DNA of 64,000 nt from a virus, in the IMG/VR virus record IMGVR_UViG_2883327909_000009, positions 8,628-72,627 of that record, one strand, 5' to 3'. Below, in pieces: positions 9,108 through 17,843 of this stretch. Below the pieces are notes generated by a model. The model was not told where the DNA came from. It saw nothing but the letters and a program-made list of their open reading frames with translations, and made no database searches. Each line of letters opens with the position of its first letter. The stretch's first letter is position 1. The position numbers and the translations under genes were made by a program.

Positions 9108-10022
9108 ATGCAGTCCTTTAGTCTCTTTGCGGAATCGAAGCTCAAGGAGTTAGGAAAGAACGTATCCGATCTGGCATACGAGGTCGGTTACGGGAAATCC
9201 ATCGCTTACAAGTGGATGACTAGCAACAGGTGGCCCCGAGAGGCCTTCGAGAGAATCTGCCTTGCCTTGCAAATCCCCGCGATGACGCCGGATGAGGCAG
9301 AGGTAGAGTACGAGATGAAGTTCTTCTCGTCGCCGAAGCGGCCTGCGACTGACCCGTTCGGTATCCTCGACCGGCTTCGAGATTTGCCCCCGACGTCACT
9401 CCGCGCTGCCAACGATTTGGTCATGGAAGCTTTCGGGCTTCTGAACAAAAAACACGCCGTCATCATCGCGACCACGACGCTTATTCCGGCTCCGTTCTCC
9501 ACGGAGCCTGGTTCCAAGATGGCCGCCGCCGTCTGCCAGGCGATCAAAAACGGGTGCTGCTTCCTATTCCACACGCCCGACGTGATCAAGGTCGAGCAAC
9601 TCAAAACTGACTTCGGTTCTAGCGACGGCGTGGAAGAGGTGGCAACTTTCAAAAGCGGCTTCACACGGCTTCGGAACCGTCTGATCGACGTCTTGGAGGC
9701 AGAAGGAGAGCTGGAATGGGAATCAAGAGCCGATTGTCACCTCCAAATAGTAGCCACGCAGGGAGCCTTTGACTTCGTGAGCGCGTCTGAAACGACGACG
9801 CTGATTTCTGAAAGCGGCGGCCAGACGAACTGGACGAAGCGGGTACTCAAGCGTACGCCCGGAACCCTCGGCAGGATCGACGTGCAGCCGCCGCACGACT
9901 TGAACGAAACGCGGATGCGCCGCTTCTATACGGCACTGACGCGCACCAAATTTGCTGACGGAACCCATGCCGAGAAGATGTTCCGTGACGAGTTTTGCGC
10001 GAGGCTTAGCGGTCACGCTTGA
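9108..10022 (+). CDS. transcriptional regulator with N-terminal XRE-like HTH
   Basis: 'VSDLAYEVGYGKSIAYKWM...FERICLAL'; divergent from parB. Confidence 0.6.
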   Translation: MQSFSLFAESKLKELGKNVSDLAYEVGYGKSIAYKWMTSNRWPREAFERICLALQIPAMTPDEAEVEYEMKFFSSPKRPATDPFGILDRLRDLPPTSLRAANDLVMEAFGLLNKKHAVIIATTTLIPAPFSTEPGSKMAAAVCQAIKNGCCFLFHTPDVIKVEQLKTDFGSSDGVEEVATFKSGFTRLRNRLIDVLEAEGELEWESRADCHLQIVATQGAFDFVSASETTTLISESGGQTNWTKRVLKRTPGTLGRIDVQPPHDLNETRMRRFYTALTRTKFADGTHAEKMFRDEFCARLSGHA

Positions 10023-10067
10023 GCATGAAACTGTGTACTTGCAATCGAGACAAAACCGTGCTCTACC

Positions 10068-10102
10068 AAAAGAAACCCCGGCAAAGCTTCCACTTGCCGG
10101 GG
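10068..10102 (-). terminator. Rho-independent terminator, minus strand
   Basis: CCCCGGCAA/TTGCCGGGG stem with U-tract on minus side. Confidence 0.65.
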
Positions 10103-10990
10103 CTGATTGCGACTGTAACGGCAGAACGCAACCGGTAGCTACCAGTGCCTTTTTGCCATACCTGGCAAATTGACGCAAGCGCTTTTTCCCCATGTGCCGT
10201 TCCCGGTTGCTGCTTCCCGTACCCAAAGCAGATATTTGTAGGCTCTGCTTGCCCAGCAACCTACGGCATGTACCGCATGGACACGGAGTAACGGGCGCTG
10301 TAGGCGAATGTTCTCGCAGTCAGAATAGCCTACGGCGTGGGTGCGCTCAAAAAAGCGCCCAATGCAGACGCCGCCTGGCGAGAAGGTGGTGGCCAGCGAT
10401 GGCAAGGTAACCGAGTATGCTGCCGAAAGGCATGAGCTGACAGGGTGACAACCTCATGCTCAGTCCCCCATTGCGGGGATGCAGAAAAGGGCGGAGCTAT
10501 GTCCCGATGGCAGGATTGACCTGCGTCACCAGACCAGCTGGCCGAACTCCGAAGGGAGCCGCATCGGGATCAACCCCACTCTGCCTACGTCAGTAACCCA
10601 AGTGGGACTTGAGCCTTCGTCAGAGCGGGGACAGCCTACGCCGGGCGATCAACCCCGGCGGCCTCCAGACCAACCCCCGCTACGCAGTGATCGGTCTCAG
10701 AGGTCTTGAGCGCCCACAAGGGTCAGGCACAATCCTGCGGGGCCTTGCGGGCAAGACCATGTGAGGAAATACTCAGCATGGCCTTTCTCGGCTCGATACC
10801 AAGGGCATCATCGATCGAGGCGATACTCCACCCGTTACCGGGTATGCCCTTGTTCATCCTGACGGACGCCAAGCACACGAACCTTGCCCGAAGCCGAGCG
10901 GATTGTCAACGCATTGAGCCTGGATAGCCTTCCCGGCGGGGATGAGAATGACTGCGCTTCCAAAAGTCCCGATGGCAAATTTCGCCCGCT
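10103..10990 (-). ncRNA. candidate large structured ncRNA or ssDNA structure
   Basis: about 900 bp with no credible ORF, many nested 5-9 bp stems, ends at a minus-strand terminator; strand not certain. Confidence 0.4.
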
Positions 10991-11006
10991 ACGGTAATAT
11001 TCTGCT

Positions 11007-11222
11007 ATGGAAGAAATCACACCGCCCCCGTTGATCCACTGCCAACGATACGTACAGGGCCTGATCTCCCAGCTTTGCCGAGTCCTCGATCATCCCTCCC
11101 AGGCCCAGGAGGCTATGGAACTGGCGGAGCAAACGGGGTTCAAGCGGATGCTCGACATGGTGGCTAGAAAGGACGACCCGCCGCAATCGGGGGACGAGTG
11201 GTTCAGGTCGCAGTTCCATTGA
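11007..11222 (+). CDS. hypothetical protein
   Basis: 71 aa, protein-like composition, weak RBS. Confidence 0.4.
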   Translation: MEEITPPPLIHCQRYVQGLISQLCRVLDHPSQAQEAMELAEQTGFKRMLDMVARKDDPPQSGDEWFRSQFH

Positions 11223-11510
11223 GCCGGTAGCCTGATCGACCGCCGCACGAAGGCGTCGGCACATCTCTGTCGTTGGGGCATGCTGCCCAGGTGAACGCAA
11301 GGGGCAAGCGCGAGCGTCGCCGAGCCACTAAATTCCCCGCTAACGCTCCTCGCGGGCGCTGACGCTCCAATTTAGCGTCCCGCCGACCCCGTGCCTTCAC
11401 CTCCCCTGCCATGCTTCGTTCCTTCGCCGCCCTCCGGGGTATGTTCGCGGCTTTTAGCCGAAACATCCGCCCGAAAGGCGGTCTCTCAACCAAGTGAAGG
11501 AGACAATCCC

Positions 11511-11705
11511 ATGAGCACCAACCAGTACCTATACCGCAAGACCGTAACCGAATCGATCACGTTTGTGGGTAAACCGCAGGAGGCGACCCGCCGCAATTTG
11601 ATTTCGGAAGGCTTCACCTACGACACGAAAAGCCGCCAGTGGTACCGCTCAAACAACGACACCGCGGTCATGGAAGAAACCGTTGCGGCCACGAATGCGG
11701 CGTAG
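11511..11705 (+). CDS. hypothetical protein
   Basis: strong AAGGAG RBS, 64 aa. Confidence 0.6.
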   Translation: MSTNQYLYRKTVTESITFVGKPQEATRRNLISEGFTYDTKSRQWYRSNNDTAVMEETVAATNAA

Positions 11706-11723
11706 TAAACAGTTGGGGCCGGA

Positions 11724-13130
11724 GTGGATTCCGGCCCCGTACACCACCAACACATTGAAAGGGTAATGGTGATGCAATGCGAACTTAACTCCTCTATCGA
11801 ACAAGAGTCAACAGCCCAAGACAACGGGTCGCAATTAGCCATGCTCCGGCGTTTGCCAGACGTGATTGCCGAGTACGACGAGAAAAAAGCTGCCCTTCCA
11901 GATGCCGTCGCAGCCTTCGAGGCCGCCGGAAGCGCCGTCAAGCTTGCCGCCTGCGTAGGTGGGACTTGGGGTGAAACGAGCATCGAGACCGGCAGTGTGT
12001 ACGAGTCCCGGCTTGCCGAGTCGCTCTTGAAATCGGCATGGCGGCACATCTATCGAGGCCTACGGATCGACTCCATTGCCAGCGCGGCCGACAAGCGGCG
12101 ATTCGATCAGGCGATGACTACCCCCGCCCCGTTCACGCTCGAAAACATCCGGGCGACCTTCGGCGACTTCCTGCTTAACCCGCGCGCAAACATCCTTCGG
12201 GGCCTCGCCGAGGTGTTCTGCGACCTCGACCAGGCGTACAAATCGCACGACAAGGTAAAAATTGGCGTGGTCGGCTTGCCCAAGCGGGTCATCATCTCCG
12301 GCTGCTCCAGCTCCTGCGGATGGGGGCAAGACAAACTCCGAGACGTGCTCAACGCTCTAGCGGCATATCAGCGAAAGCCCTTAACCACCTACCAAGAGCT
12401 TACCGCGCTGTTCAAAACTGAGAACGCCCTACTTGTCGAGTGGAAAGCAACCGACCACCAGGGAACAGAAATGACGTACCCAGCCCGAGGAGTCCGTCTT
12501 CGTCGATTCTCCAACGGTAACGGTCACCTTTTCTTCGAGCCGGATGCCTTGCGCGACATTAACATGGCGCTCGCGGAATACTACGGGGACGTTCTGGCCG
12601 ACTGCACGGAAGAGAAACCCACGGAGCGCCGGGCGGGCACCGAAGTCTCAAAAGACTTGCAATATTACCCGACCCCGGCGGCGGTCGTCGAGCGGGTCCT
12701 GGGTGATGTTTACATCCGCCAAGGCGAGCGGGTGCTTGAGCCGTCTTGTGGCTGCGGTCGGTTCCTGGATGCCCTGCGGCAGGCAGGAGCTGATGCGGTC
12801 GGCGTTGAGGTTGACCCCGGCCGCGCGGCAATGGCTCGCTCCAAAGGTCACCGCGTTATGCTGGCGAATTTCCTAGAAACCGTCCCCACGGGTGATTATG
12901 ACCACGTCGTTATGAACCCGCCCTTTTACGGAAAGCACTACGCCAAGCACGTCAACCATGCCCTGAAGTTCCTGAAGCCAGGCGGCAAACTTACTGCAAT
13001 CCTGCCCGTGACGGCCCGATACGATCACGGGTTGCTAGATGGCCGGTGGTCAGACCTGCCGGTGGGGTCGTTCAGCGAGAGCGGCACGAACATCAACACG
13101 ACCGTGTTGGCAATGTGGGCTGCGGCATAA
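11724..13130 (+). CDS. DUF4942-type phage protein with C-terminal SAM-dependent N6-adenine/N4-cytosine DNA methyltransferase
   Basis: 'QYYPTP', 'VLEPSCGCG', 'VVMNPPF'; true start may be downstream. Confidence 0.8.
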   Translation: MDSGPVHHQHIERVMVMQCELNSSIEQESTAQDNGSQLAMLRRLPDVIAEYDEKKAALPDAVAAFEAAGSAVKLAACVGGTWGETSIETGSVYESRLAESLLKSAWRHIYRGLRIDSIASAADKRRFDQAMTTPAPFTLENIRATFGDFLLNPRANILRGLAEVFCDLDQAYKSHDKVKIGVVGLPKRVIISGCSSSCGWGQDKLRDVLNALAAYQRKPLTTYQELTALFKTENALLVEWKATDHQGTEMTYPARGVRLRRFSNGNGHLFFEPDALRDINMALAEYYGDVLADCTEEKPTERRAGTEVSKDLQYYPTPAAVVERVLGDVYIRQGERVLEPSCGCGRFLDALRQAGADAVGVEVDPGRAAMARSKGHRVMLANFLETVPTGDYDHVVMNPPFYGKHYAKHVNHALKFLKPGGKLTAILPVTARYDHGLLDGRWSDLPVGSFSESGTNINTTVLAMWAAA

Positions 13131-13138
13131 ATGCAACA

Positions 13139-13162
13139 GTGGCGGGGTTTCGGCTCCGCCAC
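13139..13162 (+). terminator. hairpin after methyltransferase
   Basis: GTGGCGGGG-TTTCGG-CTCCGCCAC; weak U-tract. Confidence 0.45.
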
Positions 13163-13170
13163 CTTAAATA

Positions 13171-13203
13171 ATGTTTGATTATCACACATAAACGCTTTAC
13201 GGT
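13171..13203 (+). promoter_or_regulatory. sigma70-like promoter overlapped by inverted repeat
   Basis: TTGATT-17bp-TACGGT; ATGTTTGAT-T-ATCACACAT palindrome over the -35. Confidence 0.45.
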
Positions 13204-13251
13204 CAGTCTTGTCAGGCAATGACGCCGACCACATCGAAAGGAAATCCGATC

Positions 13252-13461
13252 ATGTCCCAATTCAAATACCAAGAGCAATTCGCAAGTGACCTGACTGCAT
13301 GTTGGCTGAAAGGCGACCGCAATCACGTGCGGCTCACCATTCGCGGATTGAAGAACAAGCCGCAGGCCTCGTATGTCGCTGCACGGATTGCATTGAATCT
13401 GGTTGAGGAAGGCAAGGCATTCGCCGGTGACTTCGTGAACTTCATGCATCCCAATCAATAA
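13252..13461 (+). CDS. small hypothetical protein
   Basis: GAAAGGA RBS, 69 aa. Confidence 0.6.
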   Translation: MSQFKYQEQFASDLTACWLKGDRNHVRLTIRGLKNKPQASYVAARIALNLVEEGKAFAGDFVNFMHPNQ

Positions 13462-13483
13462 CCCGTATCAAGGAACTGACAAC

Positions 13484-13810
13484 ATGTGCGTATCAAAAGT
13501 ATTCATACCTACCGAATGGGATGCGACCCCATATGGCGACCACTGGGCATTTGCCTACACGACCGACACAGACGAACGGGAAGATTACGACTTCACGGTC
13601 GAGTTTCATGAGTCAGCAGGGGAAGAGGAGCAACGTTCAGTAATACGTTTGCTGGAAATGGCCCCTGCCATGCTGGAATCACTGCAAGAGTTGACCCGAA
13701 TCATCGAAGCCTTCACTTACACCACCCAACTTGGCCGGACGCAAAAGAAGCGGTTGGATCGGGCGAAGGCAGCCATTGCCAAAGCAACCGGAAAGGGATT
13801 AGCCGCATGA
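13484..13810 (+). CDS. small hypothetical phage-type protein
   Basis: acidic N-half; 'APAMLESLQEL...AKAAIAKATG' phage-like tail. Confidence 0.65.
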   Translation: MCVSKVFIPTEWDATPYGDHWAFAYTTDTDEREDYDFTVEFHESAGEEEQRSVIRLLEMAPAMLESLQELTRIIEAFTYTTQLGRTQKKRLDRAKAAIAKATGKGLAA

Positions 13811-13950
13811 GCCTGACCCGATGTGCCGAATGCGACACGATCCACGACACGGATGAGCATCCCGAAGGCTACTACGATCAACACGGCAAAGCCCGCGAAT
13901 ACCTTTGCGAGTGGTGCGCAACCGAAGAAGATGAGGAGGATGAGTTATGA
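13807..13950 (+). CDS. acidic 47-aa CxxC/CxxC protein (not in ORF track)
   Basis: MSLTRCAECD...YLCEWCATEEDEEDEL; ATGA overlaps at both ends. Confidence 0.6.
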   Translation: MSLTRCAECDTIHDTDEHPEGYYDQHGKAREYLCEWCATEEDEEDEL

Positions 13951-14246
13951 CCGAGAAAAAACCAGCAGTCGTGATGACCGCATCGGGACGTGTCAAGGAA
14001 CACCCTTTCGGGGCGGACATCCGGGAAATCCTTGACGCCATCTTCAACGAACACCAGCGGGCTGGAAGTGATTGGGATAGGCCGACCAAACTCTTCATCG
14101 GCGGGGACTGCATCGTCGCCAGCGGGTTGTGCGACATCGCATGGGAGTACGGACGATTCAGCCAGAAGAAGATGGACGAGATGGACGAGGCACTCGACGG
14201 CTGGATCGCGCAGCGGTTTGGATGCAAGGAGAGAATCTCCGCATGA
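13947..14246 (+). CDS. small acidic hypothetical protein
   Basis: GAGGAGG RBS, translationally coupled. Confidence 0.65.
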   Translation: MTEKKPAVVMTASGRVKEHPFGADIREILDAIFNEHQRAGSDWDRPTKLFIGGDCIVASGLCDIAWEYGRFSQKKMDEMDEALDGWIAQRFGCKERISA

Positions 14247-14425
14247 CACCAGCCCGTTTCTGTACCCTCGCCGCTGTCATCGCCGGACGCTTCTGGCGTA
14301 CTCAACTCCCGCCGTTGATCGGCAAAGGCCGCTGGATGGTCCGCACCTACGCCAGCGGCGAACGCCCGATCCCGGAGACGGTTGCAAAGCTGATGGAAAT
14401 GCTGGCAAGTCAGTCGAATGACTAA
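14243..14425 (+). CDS. small Cro/Aca-like HTH protein
   Basis: MTPARF...MVRTYASGERPIPETVAKLMEML; ATGA overlap. Confidence 0.6.
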   Translation: MTPARFCTLAAVIAGRFWRTQLPPLIGKGRWMVRTYASGERPIPETVAKLMEMLASQSND

Positions 14426-14589
14426 TCGCTGTTGGTGACGCTCGCCCCCACCCGGCGGGCGCTCGCCTTCGGCTCGCTTAACCTGCGCCGTTGACACTTC
14501 CGCTGATCCGCACTACCCCTCAAATGCTTGTCCGTCGTTTCCTTTCGGGTATCGGCGGGCAAGTTCAACCCGAAACGAAAGGACACCCC

Positions 14590-15090
14590 ATGGCCCGGAA
14601 GAGAGCCACTGCCCAGGCGGCAGCCACCCAAACCAGCGAAGCGACAAGCCAACCGACCGCCGGCGACGCATACGACCAAGCAGCCGAACGGCACGAACAG
14701 GCCCGGCAGTCCGCCGAGCAACTCGCGGAATCAACCCGCATGCCCGAAGCCGCGAACGCCCAGCTGCGGAAATTCGCCCCCGACCCGATCAACTTCGAAT
14801 CCGTCAGCCTGACCGACCGAAACGGCGGGCCGAAGATGACGCTCTACCGCAGCAACCGCCGCCAGGAACTCGCCATTCACTTCGACGAGAAGCCGGACGC
14901 CAAGTACACGGCACAGCTCCGCGAAGCTGGATTTCACTGGGATCGGGACGACGCGGTGTGGAAAAAGCCCATCGTTTCGGAGACAAAATGGAAGGATCAC
15001 CTGGACGCCGAGAAGACATTCAACGCGATTGCGAACGCCATCCGTGCCGACAACGGCCTGGAGCCGACGAAGCAGATTGGCGTCTCCTAA
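14590..15090 (+). CDS. hypothetical protein
   Basis: GAAAGGA RBS; 166 aa. Confidence 0.7.
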   Translation: MARKRATAQAAATQTSEATSQPTAGDAYDQAAERHEQARQSAEQLAESTRMPEAANAQLRKFAPDPINFESVSLTDRNGGPKMTLYRSNRRQELAIHFDEKPDAKYTAQLREAGFHWDRDDAVWKKPIVSETKWKDHLDAEKTFNAIANAIRADNGLEPTKQIGVS

Positions 15091-15155
15091 ATCGCCCCCT
15101 CCCTCACCCGCTCCCCCGCTCAAGCTGAGCGTCCGAAGCCCCGCCGCTTAGGCCA

Positions 15156-15201
15156 CGGTATGTCGGTCGGGCCACTATTCGCGCACCCGACCGACATACC
15201 G
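15156..15201. repeat. perfect 16-bp inverted repeat, 14-nt loop
   Basis: CGGTATGTCGGTCGGG / CCCGACCGACATACCG between convergent genes. Confidence 0.85.
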
Positions 15202-15234
15202 CGACCACGCGACGGCAGAGCATCCGAAGCAAAG

Positions 15235-15663
15235 TCACTTGGCGAAGACCTGAGCCAAATCCTTGACCGCCTCGACCCCGTACTGATCCACTAAATCCTT
15301 CACCTGGCGCACGAACTCGACCGTATCGCCCTTAGCGGCCTTCCCGGTAGGCTTGGCCTCTGGTTCCACCGTCTTGGCCGTCCGCGACTTCTTTCCCTCG
15401 GCCTTTTTCTTTTCCGCCGTCTTGTACGTGCTGAACATGGCGGTCGATATTTCGATCCCGAACTCGGACTTCAGATAAGCCACGCCGTCAGAAGGGCTTT
15501 CTTTCCCGGCGGCGAGCGCCTTGCGCACCGCTTCGGCTTTGGTGATCGTCCCGGCAAGTGTTTTTGGGGTCGCCTCGTCAATTGTCGTCGCCACCTCCGC
15601 CGGGGCGGGTGCGGCTGCGGGTTTGCTCTTCTTGGCGGCGTCAGCCGGTTTCTTCTTGGCCAT
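15235..15663 (-). CDS. Lys/Ala-rich putative DNA-binding protein
   Basis: MAKKKPADAAKK...; basic low-complexity ends. Confidence 0.7.
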   Translation of the reverse strand: MAKKKPADAAKKSKPAAAPAPAEVATTIDEATPKTLAGTITKAEAVRKALAAGKESPSDGVAYLKSEFGIEISTAMFSTYKTAEKKKAEGKKSRTAKTVEPEAKPTGKAAKGDTVEFVRQVKDLVDQYGVEAVKDLAQVFAK

Positions 15664-15868
15664 GCTCAACCTCATGATGAAAGGGGTTCAGATCAATATT
15701 GCCTATGTATCCGGCCATACAGATGGCGAACAGAGCATTAAGTCGGGAGATTTGCGGAAGATTTGCTCAAAGCTCGGATTTTGCTGGCGGTGCTGCCCGT
15801 TGACGCCAGGTCGCTCCAAACCTAATGTCTTCTCCCTCGGTCTGAGACGAGGTGAAGTGGAGCGAACC

Positions 15869-16105
15869 ATGACGATTAAAGAAGTGATTGCGGAACTGAC
15901 GGCGAAGTACCCGAAGGCGAAGCTAAGTCCGTCCGTGCAACACGGAACGGCTCTCACCCGAGCAACCAAGCTGAAATTCAAGAAGGAGAAAGGCTTCACG
16001 TTCGTCGGCAAAGACACCGACGGAACGGAGGTCATGGTGTACTACAACGACACCGCCGATGCGATCTCCTGCACCGAGATCGAGTCGTTCAGCGAGGATG
16101 ACTAA
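15869..16105 (+). CDS. hypothetical protein
   Basis: 78 aa, GGAG RBS. Confidence 0.55.
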   Translation: MTIKEVIAELTAKYPKAKLSPSVQHGTALTRATKLKFKKEKGFTFVGKDTDGTEVMVYYNDTADAISCTEIESFSEDD

Positions 16106-16407
16106 CCCGTCGGGGCCGAACTATTCGGATCGGGGCTTTCGGTCAACACCACGTCCTGGAACCGCTCGCCGACGGAGTTGTAGAAGAGGATCTTGTCGTC
16201 CTTCGCGCTCCACACGGCCGACGTGCGGAGCATCCGCGGCCCTTCGACGTGGAAGGCGTAACCCCAAATTTCGTCACGGCGTTTGAGCGGCGTCTTTACG
16301 AACGGCGTCAGATCGTAGTCCAGGTTGTCCCGTTGGCAAAGCGTCGCCCTCACGTAATGGATCAGATCGTCGAAGGTGGGGAGAGCCGTCGTCGTCTTGG
16401 TGTGCAT
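16102..16407 (-). CDS. hypothetical protein
   Basis: 101 aa, well-formed high-GC codon usage. Confidence 0.65.
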   Translation of the reverse strand: MHTKTTTALPTFDDLIHYVRATLCQRDNLDYDLTPFVKTPLKRRDEIWGYAFHVEGPRMLRTSAVWSAKDDKILFYNSVGERFQDVVLTESPDPNSSAPTG

Positions 16408-16621
16408 GGCGGAGATGATCGGCAGGAGGCGGAGACGGCATCGGTTGGAAAGTTTGCCCGGCGGCCAATGTGCGAGATCGGCCAACAGCGTGTGCCGAGA
16501 GTAATGAATGGGCAGGAACGGCCAGCTGGGAATTCCACCGGTTGCAATCTTTTCCTGGATCATACGGGCTTCAGAGTGCCTGGGAATTCTCTCATCGCTG
16601 CGAAAACTCTCAGGCACCCGT

Positions 16622-17308
16622 CTACTCCCAACACTTCCGGCAATTTCCGCAATTCACATCCTTCGCCTTCTCTGATGGCCCTTCGTTTGGGCACAACACC
16701 GAAAGCGGAATCCGTTTCTTGCGGAGACGCCGGACTCGAAAGAGCAAATCGACCAGCTCCGGTTGCTCATCCTCGCCGACCTGGAGGTAAGCGAGTCGAA
16801 CGCCGGGCGGGATTGAAGCGGGCACGCCAGTGTCGCCGTCGATGCTGTACCAGATTCTGGCCTGCCGAAGCTGGGCCATTTCTGCCAACACCGGGGCGAT
16901 GTCGTCGATGCGATGCGACCTCGTGTAGAGATAGAACCGCACCTTTGGACACGCACGCATAATCGCCAGCCACTTCTCTGCGTAGGCCTTGCTGTACAGA
17001 TCTCCCGAGCAATGAGCGCGAAGGACAATTACGCCTTTGCTTCTCACCTCGGCGATGACCCGTTTCACAAAGTCGTCACGCTGCGACTGGTCATAGTTCC
17101 AAGCCAGTCGATCCTTGACAGGCTTGAACAAATAGCGACCTCTCCGGCAATAGCACGCGCTTTCACAAACGGGCGATCTTCCGGGGCACGTCACCACAGC
17201 AGGCAGGTCGAAATGATGAATCGAGCTGCCAAGCTTCTGATTTCCTTGGAGAAGCAATCCTCTCACACAAGCAGTCATTTGCATGACTCCGCTCGCGTAT
17301 AACCCCAT
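16622..17308 (-). CDS. GP88-like phage protein (Cys-cluster, radical-SAM-like)
   Basis: 'FDLPAVVTCPGRSPVCESACYC...LRAHCSGDLYS...FYLYTRS'. Confidence 0.7.
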   Translation of the reverse strand: MGLYASGVMQMTACVRGLLLQGNQKLGSSIHHFDLPAVVTCPGRSPVCESACYCRRGRYLFKPVKDRLAWNYDQSQRDDFVKRVIAEVRSKGVIVLRAHCSGDLYSKAYAEKWLAIMRACPKVRFYLYTRSHRIDDIAPVLAEMAQLRQARIWYSIDGDTGVPASIPPGVRLAYLQVGEDEQPELVDLLFRVRRLRKKRIPLSVLCPNEGPSEKAKDVNCGNCRKCWE

Positions 17309-17476
17309 GAATCACTTGTGAAACGCTCAAAAGTGAAGGGGTACGAGCGCCCAGTTGGCTCACGAAATCATGCTTCGCGCAAGCATGAAGAAACCTCTTG
17401 CAACGCATTTCAAAATGCGCTACGGTCCGGGCAATGAAGAAAGAATCCAGACACCAAGATTAACTAGGAGGGAAAG

Positions 17477-17659
17477 ATGACGGTGAATGCAGAATTGGCG
17501 GACAGGTTGGCGAAGCGGCTTTATCCACATCCAGAGGTTTTCAAGTATCTGAGGGACCACGTTGACGTGCGTACCGGAAGTGACCTGGAATGCTTCGAGT
17601 TGGACCTTCTGACGGAGATGGTCGAGGTGCGGCTTCGGAAGAAGCTGGCGGCAGGATGA
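17477..17659 (+). CDS. hypothetical protein
   Basis: AGGAGG RBS, 60 aa. Confidence 0.6.
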   Translation: MTVNAELADRLAKRLYPHPEVFKYLRDHVDVRTGSDLECFELDLLTEMVEVRLRKKLAAG

Positions 17660-17663
17660 TTAT

Positions 17664-17837
17664 GGCTCTGACGGCGCGTGAAAGAAGTACCGACTCGGCA
17701 TCCTTGGGTAAAGGGGCCGAACAGGGAACCAAAGTAACTGGGCTGTGGCTTACCCACCAGAAGAATGCACACGGAGTTACCACCCTCCGCTCTCTTCGGC
17801 TGGATGCAGCAGGTTCGATCCCTGCCAGAGTCCTCCA
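17664..17837 (+). ncRNA. tRNA-like RNA 1 (enlarged)
   Basis: GGCTCTG/CAGAGTC 7-bp acceptor-like stem adjoining T-arm GCAGG-TTCGATC-CCTGC; ends CTCCA. Confidence 0.55.
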
Positions 17838-17843
17838 GTTTAT

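Noticed and set aside
10099-10115. tmRNA-like start GGGGCTGATT
   Set aside because: It is the arm of a terminator hairpin; no TTCGAC follows and there is no matching T-arm/CCA end
10555-10600. Group II intron domain V-like GAGCCG
   Set aside because: Downstream bases do not form the DV helix, and there is no RT gene or GTGCG start
10600-10630. Hammerhead core CUGACGA on minus strand
   Set aside because: No GAAA partner or stem II at suitable distance
15690-15800. HicA-like fragment (HTDGEQSIKSGDLRKICSKLG)
   Set aside because: Too short, no clear start and no HicB neighbour; at most a remnant
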